From Candidatus Saccharimonadia bacterium (GTDB lineage Bacteria; Patescibacteriota; Saccharimonadia; Saccharimonadales; JALRHH01), in contig JALRHH010000001.1 in assembly GCA_023253175.1 (NCBI GenBank), positions 236,020-300,019 of the forward strand: a stretch of DNA of 64,000 nt, read 5' to 3'. The notes under the pieces are model-generated. The model searched no databases and was not told where the DNA came from. It saw only the letters and a list, made by a program, of their open reading frames with translations. Every line of letters begins with the position of its first letter. The first letter of the stretch is position 1. Shown piece by piece: positions 36,198 through 45,940 of the stretch. A program made the translations under genes and the position numbers.

Positions 36198-36704
36198 ATG
36201 CCAGAAGCACTACATACCAATCCAGAACGAGCACCGCAGCCTAAAGAAATTGAGCGCAAATGGACTATAGTAGAAGCCCCGACCAATTTGCATGAATTTG
36301 ACCATAAAAGAATCAGGCAAGGCTACATTGCAATTGACGATCAGGGCACCGAGGTACGACTTAGGGACAAAGAAGGTACATACACTCTTACCGTAAAGTC
36401 AAAGGGTGACTTGGTACGCGGCGAGTTTGAGACACCTATCTCTGCTGATCAATTTGATAGCCTATGGGCAACAACAGAAGGTAAACGCGTTGAAAAGACT
36501 CGTTATTCTATACCATCAGATGAAAATACTATCGAGCTTGATGTATATGAGGGTGATCTGGCGGGTCTTGTGACAGCCGAAGTAGAGTTTACATCTATTG
36601 ACGCAGCATACCAATTTATAGCGCCGGACTGGTTTGGTGCTGATGTTACAGAAAATAGTGCTTACAAGAACCAAAACTTGGCTCAAGCCGGTCTTCCTCA
36701 GTAG
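36198..36704 (+). CDS. CYTH-domain triphosphate tunnel metalloenzyme
   Basis: N-terminal EIERKWTI (ExExK signature); later acidic/basic strands (VRLRD, ELDVYEG, AEVEF). Confidence 0.8.
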   Translation: MPEALHTNPERAPQPKEIERKWTIVEAPTNLHEFDHKRIRQGYIAIDDQGTEVRLRDKEGTYTLTVKSKGDLVRGEFETPISADQFDSLWATTEGKRVEKTRYSIPSDENTIELDVYEGDLAGLVTAEVEFTSIDAAYQFIAPDWFGADVTENSAYKNQNLAQAGLPQ

Positions 36705-36720
36705 CGTCTTATACATATAA

Positions 36721-36756
36721 ATACCACCAGCATAAAGGAGGGTGGTATTTATTTTT
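36721..36756 (+). terminator. intrinsic terminator
   Basis: ATACCACC-loop-GGTGGTAT followed by TTATTTTT. Confidence 0.65.
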
Positions 36757-36782
36757 AGCTACTTTTGTGGTATAATATAAAC

Positions 36783-37274
36783 ATGAGTGAACCAATAAGT
36801 GACAAGGCACTATTCGAAAGTATTTCGCAGGTTGTTAAAGGTCATTACTACGGCAAAGACGACGATGTTCACATGTGGGAATACCAGTTAAGTGCTGCCG
36901 AAGTTGAAGAAGCAAACCGTATCTTAGTAGAACATGGTCTAGAGTCCGCTGATAAGATTTATTTAGGACGGGAGACAGAGCAGGGCGAGCAAGCAAATCA
37001 AGTCACTACAGAAATCAATAATATAAATCTGGATTCTAGTGGATTGATTCGCTACTACCACTTCACAAAGCACGGCGGTATGTCTGAAGTAATCGCTGAA
37101 AAGGATATTATGGTTGACGGTGATAGTACTGATCTTCGTGTATTACTCAGGTCCTGGCTAGGGCACACTGATCCACACGGTGGCCTTAGCGAGTACCACC
37201 AAGAGATGAAGCAGATCGAACTACAAGAGCGATTCGCACTTTCTGCACTCGTGCAACTCCTTAAATCTAAATAA
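36783..37274 (+). CDS. hypothetical protein (163 aa), leaderless-type start
   Basis: TGgTATAAT (36768..36776) ends 6 nt before the ATG at 36783. Confidence 0.5.
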   Translation: MSEPISDKALFESISQVVKGHYYGKDDDVHMWEYQLSAAEVEEANRILVEHGLESADKIYLGRETEQGEQANQVTTEINNINLDSSGLIRYYHFTKHGGMSEVIAEKDIMVDGDSTDLRVLLRSWLGHTDPHGGLSEYHQEMKQIELQERFALSALVQLLKSK

Positions 37275-37424
37275 AAACACACCTATAACGCTTAGTTCTA
37301 TTAAATTATCCACAGATTTATTTCAGATTCTTTGACAACTAGTCAGGCGCGTGGTACGGTAGAGCCAGAAGTATGCCTTGAGAGCGGCAATACTGGAGTA
37401 GAAAACAAAGCGAGAAACCTCACC

Positions 37425-37934
37425 ATGGCAGATGTACCAGAAAAACAAATCAAACGATTGAAAAGCCTGATTCAGGAAGCTGAAACAAGCCTTGCTGCAG
37501 CTAAAGAACTTCTCGTCAGCCTTGTCGGCGAAGATAATGTCGTAACTAACGCGATGAGCGAAGATGCAAGCGGTAAGATTATCGAAGGTGTTTTTGATGG
37601 TCAAACGATGGTCGGTTCAGACGGTAAAAGCTACCCAGTTCCCGCTAACTACGCCAGCAAATCAAAGCTGGTACAGGGCGATATCCTTAAGCTAACCATC
37701 GCTGATGATGGTGCATTTATGTACAAGCAGATCGGTCCAATCCCACGTAAGCAAGTTGTTGGTGTTTTGATCCAAGAGAACGGTCACTACTACGTTGATG
37801 TCAATGGACGACGACTCCGTGTACTCCTCGCGAGCGTAACCTACTTTAAGGCCAAGCCAGGCGACCAAGTCAGCGTTAACATCCCAGAAGATGACGCACA
37901 CGCCGAATGGGCGGCACTCGAAGCAGCGCTATAG
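37425..37934 (+). CDS. hypothetical protein (169 aa)
   Basis: ORF track starts at a TTG that is part of a TTGACA box (37332); the ATG at 37425 (MADVPEKQIKRL..) is preferred. Confidence 0.45.
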   Translation: MADVPEKQIKRLKSLIQEAETSLAAAKELLVSLVGEDNVVTNAMSEDASGKIIEGVFDGQTMVGSDGKSYPVPANYASKSKLVQGDILKLTIADDGAFMYKQIGPIPRKQVVGVLIQENGHYYVDVNGRRLRVLLASVTYFKAKPGDQVSVNIPEDDAHAEWAALEAAL

Positions 37935-37941
37935 CAAAATT

Positions 37942-37961
37942 GCCCCGAAAGGGGCTTTTTT
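37942..37961 (+). terminator. intrinsic terminator
   Basis: GCCCC-gaaa-GGGGC followed by TTTTTT. Confidence 0.75.
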
Positions 37962-37985
37962 GTTAGTTTCATATACAATACATTT

Positions 37986-38525
37986 ATGACTATAACCAAA
38001 AAAGATATCTTTAGCCCAGCAAATGCAGTCAGCATTATTGGGCTGGTTCTGACAATTTGGGGGTCACTCCATATCAGCAGCCTAGCTGGAGTACTGACAC
38101 TTGGCGCTGGCAGATTTATAGATATCTTTGATGGCAAAATAGCACGTGCAACGCATGTAAGCCCGCTTGGCGCACTTGTCGATGCAACCTGTGACAAAAT
38201 AGGGATCGCGTTTTTGGTTCCGGCAATATGGTTTGCTGGCATCGCACCATACTGGCTACTGATCTATATTCTGGCTCAAAACATACTGAACGTTATCCTA
38301 AGCTCACTGACTGCGGCCAGGAAGAGCGTTCCTGCAGCATCTCGGTATGGCAAACATGCTTTGTTTCTACAGAACATCAGCCTTGGTTCATACGCCCTTG
38401 GTAACACTATAGACAATAGTGGATTTACAACGGCAGGACTTATTATCGGTATTGCGAGCATCTATTGGGCAGCCCGTGCAACTTATGGCTACTTCAAGCT
38501 TGTACCCGAAAAGCCAACAAAATAA
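37986..38525 (+). CDS. CDP-alcohol phosphatidyltransferase family protein
   Basis: DIFDGKIARATHVSPLGALVDATCD matches D-x2-DG-x2-AR-x8-G-x3-D-x3-D. TACAAT box 6 nt before the ATG. Confidence 0.8.
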   Translation: MTITKKDIFSPANAVSIIGLVLTIWGSLHISSLAGVLTLGAGRFIDIFDGKIARATHVSPLGALVDATCDKIGIAFLVPAIWFAGIAPYWLLIYILAQNILNVILSSLTAARKSVPAASRYGKHALFLQNISLGSYALGNTIDNSGFTTAGLIIGIASIYWAARATYGYFKLVPEKPTK

Positions 38526-38572
38526 GAAATTACTACAGACCATATTCCTGAAAACTCGTATACTATTCGTAA

Positions 38573-40078
38573 ATGGGTAAGGCATTATATCGAAAGTACC
38601 GTTCAAAGTCTCTTGATGAGATTATTGGGCAAGAACACATAACCACTACGCTGAAAAATGCGATTGCTGCGGGCAATATTAGCCACGCATATCTATTTAC
38701 CGGACCACGCGGCGTAGGCAAGACCAGCATCGCCAGAATACTCGCACATGAGATCAACCAGTTGCCGTACGAAGATGAGGCAACACACCTAGACATTATC
38801 GAAATTGATGCAGCCAGCAATCGTCGCATTGATGAAATTCGCGACCTTCGCGAACGAGTCCACATCGCGCCGACCAGCAGCAAGTACAAAGTGTACATTA
38901 TCGATGAGGTACACATGCTTACTAAGGAGGCGTTTAATGCGCTCCTAAAGACTCTCGAGGAGCCACCAGCGCACGCAGTGTTCATCCTTGCAACCACTGA
39001 ATCGCATAAGCTTCCAGATACCATTATTAGCCGTACGCAGCGCTTTACCTTTAAGCCGGTAGATCAAAGTAAAGTCGTCTCCCATCTGCAGACAATCGCC
39101 AAGCAAGAAGGCTTTGCTATTGACGATGAGGGTATGAACCTGCTTGCAAATCATGGTGGTGGCAGCTTCCGTGACAGCATTAGCATGCTTGACCAGGCAA
39201 GGGGGCACGGTGACAAAGTGTCACTCAAGGATGTGCAGCAGCTCCTTGGCATTGCGCCTGAGGAACTAATCTCCCAGATCCTAAACACGCTGGCGAACGG
39301 CAGCCCGGCTGAAATCATCGAGAACCTTGAAGCAATAAGGAACCAGGGCTTCCAGGCGGGACAGATCGCTAAACAGCTTTCTACGGCCATACGAGCCGGT
39401 ATAGTGCGTGGTGAGCCTGTCGTGACGCCAGCTGTAGCGGTTGCACTACTCGATAAGCTACTTAGTGTCCCAAGTGCGCATGATCAAATGGCTAAACTGG
39501 AACTTATTTTGATTGAAGCTACTATGCACCGCACCCACATGGCTGCAGAACCTAAGCCAGTGCAGTCCGTCCAAGCACTTGCCTCCAAGGCCCCAGCTCC
39601 TGCGCAAGAGACCAAGCCCAAGGCAGAACCTAAGCCAGAACCCATCCAGGAGGCTGAATCCGTGGAGCCAGAGAAAAAGCCAGTAGTGGCCAAGAAAACA
39701 GCGGCCAAGCCCGGTGCTCCTGCAAATTTTGACCTCAGCGCGTGGAACACTGCACTTGATACCCTGAAGCAGACGCACAACACGCTCTATAGCGTTGCAC
39801 GCATGGCAGAACCCACTATATCTGGTGACGAGCTAACATTGACCTTTAAATTTGCCTTTCATCAAAAGCGACTTGATGAAGTAAAAAACCGACAAGTTAT
39901 TAGTGATGTGCTCGAAACGGTCATTGGAAAACCAGTTCAAATTAGCTGCGTCGTGGGCAAGGTAACAGAGAAGCCAAAAGAACTTGTTGTAGAGCCTCCG
40001 GTGGCAGCAGCAGCCAGCTCCGATCCACTTTCAACCATTAGCAATATCTTCGGTAGCGCCGAAGTGCTAGAATCATAG
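38573..40078 (+). CDS. dnaX: DNA polymerase III subunit gamma/tau
   Basis: GQEHITTTLKNAI..FTGPRGVGKTS..IIDEVHMLT..SRTQRF. Confidence 0.9.
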   Translation: MGKALYRKYRSKSLDEIIGQEHITTTLKNAIAAGNISHAYLFTGPRGVGKTSIARILAHEINQLPYEDEATHLDIIEIDAASNRRIDEIRDLRERVHIAPTSSKYKVYIIDEVHMLTKEAFNALLKTLEEPPAHAVFILATTESHKLPDTIISRTQRFTFKPVDQSKVVSHLQTIAKQEGFAIDDEGMNLLANHGGGSFRDSISMLDQARGHGDKVSLKDVQQLLGIAPEELISQILNTLANGSPAEIIENLEAIRNQGFQAGQIAKQLSTAIRAGIVRGEPVVTPAVAVALLDKLLSVPSAHDQMAKLELILIEATMHRTHMAAEPKPVQSVQALASKAPAPAQETKPKAEPKPEPIQEAESVEPEKKPVVAKKTAAKPGAPANFDLSAWNTALDTLKQTHNTLYSVARMAEPTISGDELTLTFKFAFHQKRLDEVKNRQVISDVLETVIGKPVQISCVVGKVTEKPKELVVEPPVAAAASSDPLSTISNIFGSAEVLES

Positions 40079-40084
40079 GTAATC

Positions 40085-41458
40085 ATGGCAGGTCAATCAG
40101 ATAGGGTACCAGAAGGGGCACGAATACCGCCCCAGAATACAGAGGCAGAAGCCAGTCTTCTTGGTGCAATCCTAATTGACACTGACGCAATTGTAAAAAT
40201 TGCTGATCTTATCCGTGCCGAGGACTTCTACGAAGAACGTCACCAACGTATCTATGAAGCGATTGTATATCTATACGAACGCCACAGCCCAATTGATGTA
40301 CTCACACTGTCTGACCAACTAAAAGGAACTGGCTTCCTTGATATGGTGGGCGGTGCATCGTACCTCACGGAACTTACTAACTTCGTACCAACTGCCACAC
40401 ACGTTGAGCAGTACGCGCAGATTGTTTCGCAGAAATCACTGAGACGACGACTCATCAAGGCATCACAAGACATCGTTGGCTTTGGTTATGACGAAGCCCG
40501 TGGACTTCAGGAACTCATTGAAGAGGCCGAGAGCCGCCTATTTGAGGTCAGTCAGCGCCACGTAAAGCAAGATATTACCAGTATTGAGACTATTCTGTCA
40601 GAAAGTTTTGACCGCCTGGATGAACTCCACAAGGACAGCGGCAAGCTCCGTGGCGTGCCGACTGGATTCAAGGACATGGATAACATTCTGGCCGGCCTGA
40701 ACCGATCTGATCTACTTATCCTCGCCGCCCGTCCTGCAATGGGTAAAACTGCATTTTCACTGAATCTTGCGCACAATGTAGCAGTACAATCAAACGAAGC
40801 AGTACTGATCTTTAGTCTTGAGATGAGTAAAGAGCAGCTCGTTGACCGCATGCTGTCTATGGAATCAGGTGTTGATGCCTGGGCGCTCCGTACCGGCAAC
40901 CTGACTGATGCTGATTTTGAAAAGATTGGCCAAGCCATGGGTACACTATCCGAAGCACCGATCTTTATTGACGATACGCCTGGCATCACCGTAAGTGACC
41001 TACGTACAAAAGCAAGGCGCGAAGCACACCTTCGCCCAATTGGATTGATCGTTGTTGACTACCTGCAGCTTATGAGTGGCGGTGCCAGGTTTGGCGGTGA
41101 GGGAAATCGCGTGCAAGAAATCTCCGAAATCTCGCGTGGGCTTAAAGGAATTGCCCGTGAGCTTAATGTGCCACTGATTGCGCTGAGTCAGCTGAGTCGT
41201 TCTGTCGAAAACAGACACCCACAGATCCCGCAGCTTGCTGACCTTCGTGAATCAGGTTCGATCGAGCAAGATGCCGACGTTGTAGCCTTTATCTACCGTG
41301 AAGAGTACTACAACCCAGAGACTGATCGCAAAAATATCACAGATATCCTTATAAAGAAACACCGTCATGGTGCCACTGGAACCGTAGAGCTGTACTTTGA
41401 TCGTGACAAGCAGCGTTTCCGCGGCGTCGACAGCAAACACAGTACGCCATTTGGCTAA
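40085..41458 (+). CDS. dnaB: replicative DNA helicase DnaB
   Basis: PPQNTEAEASLLGAIL; Walker A ARPAMGKTAF; IVVDYLQLM; ALSQLSR. Confidence 0.95.
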   Translation: MAGQSDRVPEGARIPPQNTEAEASLLGAILIDTDAIVKIADLIRAEDFYEERHQRIYEAIVYLYERHSPIDVLTLSDQLKGTGFLDMVGGASYLTELTNFVPTATHVEQYAQIVSQKSLRRRLIKASQDIVGFGYDEARGLQELIEEAESRLFEVSQRHVKQDITSIETILSESFDRLDELHKDSGKLRGVPTGFKDMDNILAGLNRSDLLILAARPAMGKTAFSLNLAHNVAVQSNEAVLIFSLEMSKEQLVDRMLSMESGVDAWALRTGNLTDADFEKIGQAMGTLSEAPIFIDDTPGITVSDLRTKARREAHLRPIGLIVVDYLQLMSGGARFGGEGNRVQEISEISRGLKGIARELNVPLIALSQLSRSVENRHPQIPQLADLRESGSIEQDADVVAFIYREEYYNPETDRKNITDILIKKHRHGATGTVELYFDRDKQRFRGVDSKHSTPFG

Positions 41459-41485
41459 GCAGTAGTGGTATACTAATACGAAGCA

Positions 41486-42712
41486 ATGCAGAGAAAGATA
41501 AAGCATATACGCGCCTTTGTGTTGGACAACTGGAAGGTTGTCCTATTGGCGACTACTACCATTGGATTCTTGGGACTGCTACTTGTATTCAAGCTCGGTA
41601 GTTTGGTTGGCGGCCTATCTGGTTCAGAATACCAACTACAGCAATTAATTGCACATGATGGACTGGGTCTTGGAACTGTTGCCCGCGATGCATTATTCCT
41701 GCCGTACAACTTTATGCTGTATCTGCTGCAATTCACACCATTTACGGGCCCGACTGGCGTACGACTTACCGGAGTACTCTTCGGGCTGCTCGGTGCCGCA
41801 GGTATGTTCTACATATTCAGAACATGGTACACAACCAGGGTGGCAATGCTCGGAACCATCCTATTTGCAACCTCCAGTTGGTTTATTCATGCTGCACGAT
41901 TCGCCGACCCAGCAGTAAGCTATCTGTTATTGCCGCTACTTGTTGCTGCAATGATTGCACTTCAGTCCAAGGTTCGATCACGTCTTGCAATTGCAGCTGT
42001 CGTTGTTTTTGGCATGGCGATGATGTACCTGCCAGGAGTCGTATTATTCATTATTCCGGCGCTCATTATAAAGCGCAAAGTAATTCTTGCGTCATTTAAG
42101 GCACAACCGATATGGTACAAGATAACACTCGGTCTTATATCAGTTATAATGCTCATCCCGCTACTACTAACACTTGTTAGGCCTTTGCCGGGCGTCAGTA
42201 CACTTTCGAACGCATTTTCACTCTTTGGTTTTCCAGGGACAGATCTTCACAGCATTTATGCAATGATTAGTCAGCTGCGTGAAAGCCTGCTGGGTATTTT
42301 TGCGTATAGCAACGCCGGGGCACTTTACACGCCAGGGCACATGCCGTGGTTTGATATTTGCACAAGCGTGCTTGCAATCATTGGCATAGTGCAGTTTGCG
42401 CGCTACTGGAGGCTTGACCGCAGCAAGCTCATCGGTATAGCAGCGCTCCTGAGTATTATCTTGATCGCTCTGGGCGGCGCGGTTAGTAGTGTCGTACTGT
42501 TGCCGTTCCTGTTCCTGTTTGTCGTAGAGGGACTAAAATGGCTGCTTGAAACTTGGCTGGAAGTTTTCCCAAAGAACCCGTTTGCACGGAGCTTTGCAAT
42601 TATTATGATTTGCCTCTTAACCGCATCAGTCGTGTCATTCCACATCAACAAATACTACCTAGCCTGGGGAAGAGCCCCAGAAACCCGCCAAGTATTCAAT
42701 AACATACCGTAA
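41486..42712 (+). CDS. polytopic membrane protein (possible ArnT/PMT-like glycosyltransferase)
   Basis: About 10 or more hydrophobic helices. The family assignment is only a guess from topology. Confidence 0.5.
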   Translation: MQRKIKHIRAFVLDNWKVVLLATTTIGFLGLLLVFKLGSLVGGLSGSEYQLQQLIAHDGLGLGTVARDALFLPYNFMLYLLQFTPFTGPTGVRLTGVLFGLLGAAGMFYIFRTWYTTRVAMLGTILFATSSWFIHAARFADPAVSYLLLPLLVAAMIALQSKVRSRLAIAAVVVFGMAMMYLPGVVLFIIPALIIKRKVILASFKAQPIWYKITLGLISVIMLIPLLLTLVRPLPGVSTLSNAFSLFGFPGTDLHSIYAMISQLRESLLGIFAYSNAGALYTPGHMPWFDICTSVLAIIGIVQFARYWRLDRSKLIGIAALLSIILIALGGAVSSVVLLPFLFLFVVEGLKWLLETWLEVFPKNPFARSFAIIMICLLTASVVSFHINKYYLAWGRAPETRQVFNNIP

Positions 42713-42888
42713 ACTGCTACAATATCCATTGTCCAACTAACTACTGATAAGTGGTATTTTGAGCCAAGGGTCATTTGCGTTTAGGGGAGGCCTCCATTTC
42801 GTAAGACGTATACATAATACGACTTAGAAATGTCCTCAGCTAAGCGGAAATGACCGCTCTCAAAATGCTACGCACACAAGGAGTACAC

Positions 42889-43182
42889 GTGAGTAAATTT
42901 GATCAGGCAAAGATGTTACTACAGCTAAAGAAAATGCAGAAAGAACTGCAGAAAATGACCATCGAAATAGAAAAAGGCGATGGCGCCGTTCGTGTTGAAA
43001 TCACTGGCGAACAGAAGCTCAAGAAAGTACACATTGACCCGGATTACGTAGATCTTGATGACATTGGTCAGCTAGAGCGCTGGGTTGAGGATGCCGTTAA
43101 AGAAGCTATCCAGCAAAGTCAAAAAGTTGCAGCCGAAAAGATGGGTCCAATGATGGGCAGTCTTGGCAATCTCGGACTATAA
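42889..43182 (+). CDS. ybaB: YbaB/EbfC nucleoid-associated protein
   Basis: GTG at 42889 after AAGGAG. KMQKELQKM..GDGAVRVEITGEQKLKKVHIDPD. Confidence 0.8.
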   Translation: MSKFDQAKMLLQLKKMQKELQKMTIEIEKGDGAVRVEITGEQKLKKVHIDPDYVDLDDIGQLERWVEDAVKEAIQQSQKVAAEKMGPMMGSLGNLGL

Positions 43183-43353
43183 ACGGTATAGACCTCTTTG
43201 CTAATAAGAATTTGGATTCAATAGTAATGATTTTCGTCAGTAAACAGCATATTGTGACAAGGTGTAGCCATAGCTACGCCGCGAAGCAATTGGCTGGATT
43301 ACGGGCGGAAAGCACATTTTTGAAACAAAAAATTATTAGGGAAGCGGTCTAGC

Positions 43354-43962
43354 GTGCAGATACTTCCTCCGGCTCTTAGCGAACTCATTGAAGCGCTCGG
43401 CGCATTGCCGGGTGTTGGGCCACGCACTGCCGAACGGTATGCGTACTACCTATTGAAGGCAGATCGTTCGGTAGGACATCGACTTGCGGACGCTAGCAGC
43501 CAAATCCATGACAAAATCGCATACTGCAAGAAAACCTTTGCGCTTATTGAAAGTGGTAAGGAGTTATCTGATTTATACACCGACCCATCGCGCAGTAAAC
43601 AGCTTGTGGCTGTTGTTGCAGAACCCTTTGATATCCTTGCACTAGAGAAAACAGGACAGTTCAAAGGCACCTACCACGTACTAGGTGGCCTAGTATCACC
43701 AATTGACGGCGTCGGGCCAGAGCAGCTCCACATACAAGAGCTCGTGAAGCGTGTAGAGGATGACGAAGTAGAAGAGATTATCCTTGCAACCAACGCCAGC
43801 GTAGAAGGCGAATCAACCGCCTTATATATTCAGCAGCAACTATATGGCAAATCAGTTACCATTACACGACTTGCACGCGGCCTGCCGGTAGGCGTAGATC
43901 TCGAATACGCCGATCAAATAACCCTCGGCCGTGCACTCGAGGGAAGAACCCAGCTGCTGTAG
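43354..43962 (+). CDS. recR: recombination protein RecR (zinc-finger Cys residues missing)
   Basis: HhH LPGVGPRTAERYAYYLL; Toprim VVAEPFDILALEKTGQFKGTYHVLGG..ILATNASVEGESTA. Only 1 of the 4 canonical Cys is present (AYCKKTFALIESGKELSDLYTDPSR). Confidence 0.85.
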   Translation: MQILPPALSELIEALGALPGVGPRTAERYAYYLLKADRSVGHRLADASSQIHDKIAYCKKTFALIESGKELSDLYTDPSRSKQLVAVVAEPFDILALEKTGQFKGTYHVLGGLVSPIDGVGPEQLHIQELVKRVEDDEVEEIILATNASVEGESTALYIQQQLYGKSVTITRLARGLPVGVDLEYADQITLGRALEGRTQLL

Positions 43963-43987
43963 CAAATTTGCGCAATCTTTCATAATA

Positions 43988-44016
43988 TTGCATTAAATAC
44001 TCAGCGCTGTTAAGAT
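43988..44016 (+). promoter_or_regulatory. promoter giving a leaderless transcript
   Basis: TTGCAT-17 nt-TAAGAT, then 6 nt to the ATG at 44023. Confidence 0.45.
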
Positions 44017-44022
44017 TATCGT

Positions 44023-44916
44023 ATGCATATTCCAGATGAAGTCCTTAAGGGCATTGGCGTATTTACTCCAAATGGCAAAAATGACGCCATGCGAGTCGAT
44101 GAAACACGTACACCATTCTGGTCTATTGATTGTTTCAACCCCCACGAAATCGATGATGCGATACGGGTAACCCGAGGACGTGCAGGGTCGTTTATCGCGG
44201 ACGTGGCACTTGCGGACGGAAGCCAACTCAGTGATGAGGAAGCGATTATACAAGACGCCATGGACAGAGTTGAATCCCAGTATGGCTACAGACAAAGACT
44301 GATGCTTCCAACAGAGGTGACTTCTCAGCTTGAACTGAAAACAAATGAAACAAGACGAGCACTTGTTATGCGGCAGATGTTTGACACTTATATGGCACCG
44401 GTCGGTGACCCTACGTTTAGACCAGCATTCGTTTATACTAGGCGCATCCTTCCGGTATCTCTTGGGAAAAAGTTTGCAACTGAATCTACAGAATTCTCGG
44501 CAATGGAAGCCGTAGCAAACGAACACGGGGTGACAACCAAAATCGACAGTCTTTCTCCATCAAAATACCAATTACAGGAAGTCGGCTACAAAACGGTACA
44601 GTTTTTCATGCAGTTAACTAATGAAAACTTTGCAAAATGGGCACTTGGCAACGAAGTTCCAGTACTCAACCGTGCGTTCCAGCAAAATGCAGACCAAACC
44701 GTCGTCACCAGGGCTTTTTATACTACTGACGCCATTGGTCATACAGGGGTAGAAGCTGGTAGAGAGCTCATGTACAGCCGTATTACATCACAGCTTCGTC
44801 GTGCATCTGACCTACTCAATGGCATAAATGCCGGCGCATTCTTTGCCAAAGAAGCATTTCCTTATGGCCAATCAGACTTAGAATCATTCGCCCTAAAGGC
44901 GAGCCCTGTTCGCTAA
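44023..44916 (+). CDS. RNB-domain-only (RNase II/R catalytic core) exoribonuclease-like protein, 297 aa
   Basis: IDCFNPHEIDDAIRV (RNB motif I), ADVA, LMLP, ITSQLRRASDL (motif IV-like). No CSD or S1 domains. Confidence 0.6.
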   Translation: MHIPDEVLKGIGVFTPNGKNDAMRVDETRTPFWSIDCFNPHEIDDAIRVTRGRAGSFIADVALADGSQLSDEEAIIQDAMDRVESQYGYRQRLMLPTEVTSQLELKTNETRRALVMRQMFDTYMAPVGDPTFRPAFVYTRRILPVSLGKKFATESTEFSAMEAVANEHGVTTKIDSLSPSKYQLQEVGYKTVQFFMQLTNENFAKWALGNEVPVLNRAFQQNADQTVVTRAFYTTDAIGHTGVEAGRELMYSRITSQLRRASDLLNGINAGAFFAKEAFPYGQSDLESFALKASPVR

Positions 44917-44935
44917 TCTGTTAAAATAAACAGTA

Positions 44936-45931
44936 ATGATACAACAAATAGCAGATATTATTAGTGGCGCACAACGTATTGTCGTGATTCAAGCCGATAA
45001 CCCAGACGCGGACTCATTGGGCGCCGCACTCGCGCTAGAGCAAATCTTGGGCGAAATGGGTAAGAGCGTCTATCTATACTGCGGTGTTGAAACACCTACT
45101 TATTTGCGGTATTTAGAAGGCTGGAGTCGAATCAATCAAGAGCTCCCGAGTAATTTTGATGCGAGTATTATTGTTGACGCCTCCACGATGACCCTGCTTG
45201 AAAAGCTTGAACAATCCGGGGGCAGAGGCTGGCTGGCGGCGAAGCCATGCATCGTCATAGATCACCACGAAACAACTGACAATTCCATTGATTTTGCAAA
45301 TGTTATCTTGAACGAGCCGACCAAAAGCTCTACAGGTGAGGTTATTTTCGATCTAGCCAAGCAGCTGAATTGGAGACTCGATGTAGCTTCGGGTGAATAC
45401 ATCATGACCTGTATTCTTGGAGACACTCAGGGCCTCACTAACGAGCTTACTGGCAGTCGTACCTATGAAATCATGGCCGAACTTACACAGCTTGGCGTTA
45501 ACCGGCCAAAGCTTGAAGAACTCCGCCGCGAATCTAGCAAAATGGACCCTAGAATCTTTAGGTACAAAGCAGATCTTATTCAGCGAACCGAGCTGCATAG
45601 TGACGGAAAGCTAGCGCTTGTAACCGTACCACAGGCAGAGATTAACGAATACAGCCCATTGTATAATCCAGCACCGCTTATTCAATCAGATATGCTCATG
45701 ACACTAGATGTAGCGGTTTCAGTTGTCATGAAACACTACGATGATGGAAAGATCCTTGCCTCGATCCGCTGCAACAGTAGTGCACCAATCGCAGCCAAAA
45801 TCGCAGAACATTTTGGCGGTGGTGGGCACACCTATGCAGCTGGATTCAAGATAACTGACGGCCGCCCCGTGAACGAGATAAAGTCAGAGTGTATTAACCT
45901 TACTTCAGAATTACTCGATAATCTAACCTAA
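44936..45931 (+). CDS. nrnA: DHH/DHHA1 phosphoesterase (NrnA-like nanoRNase/pAp phosphatase)
   Basis: IQADNPDADSLG, IVIDHHETT (DHH), GGGGHTYAAGF (DHHA1). Confidence 0.8.
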   Translation: MIQQIADIISGAQRIVVIQADNPDADSLGAALALEQILGEMGKSVYLYCGVETPTYLRYLEGWSRINQELPSNFDASIIVDASTMTLLEKLEQSGGRGWLAAKPCIVIDHHETTDNSIDFANVILNEPTKSSTGEVIFDLAKQLNWRLDVASGEYIMTCILGDTQGLTNELTGSRTYEIMAELTQLGVNRPKLEELRRESSKMDPRIFRYKADLIQRTELHSDGKLALVTVPQAEINEYSPLYNPAPLIQSDMLMTLDVAVSVVMKHYDDGKILASIRCNSSAPIAAKIAEHFGGGGHTYAAGFKITDGRPVNEIKSECINLTSELLDNLT

Positions 45932-45940
45932 GGAACTACC

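Noticed and set aside
38563-39783. Reverse-strand ORFs overlapping dnaX (38563..39024, 38945..39208, 39151..39390, 39458..39783).
   Set aside because: They are antisense to a well-supported dnaX, with compositional artefacts from the Pro/Ala/Lys-rich tau linker.
43993-44526. 177-aa reverse-strand ORF.
   Set aside because: It is antisense to the RNB-motif ORF, which has clear catalytic motifs and a promoter. The antisense product is Cys/Arg-rich with no motif.
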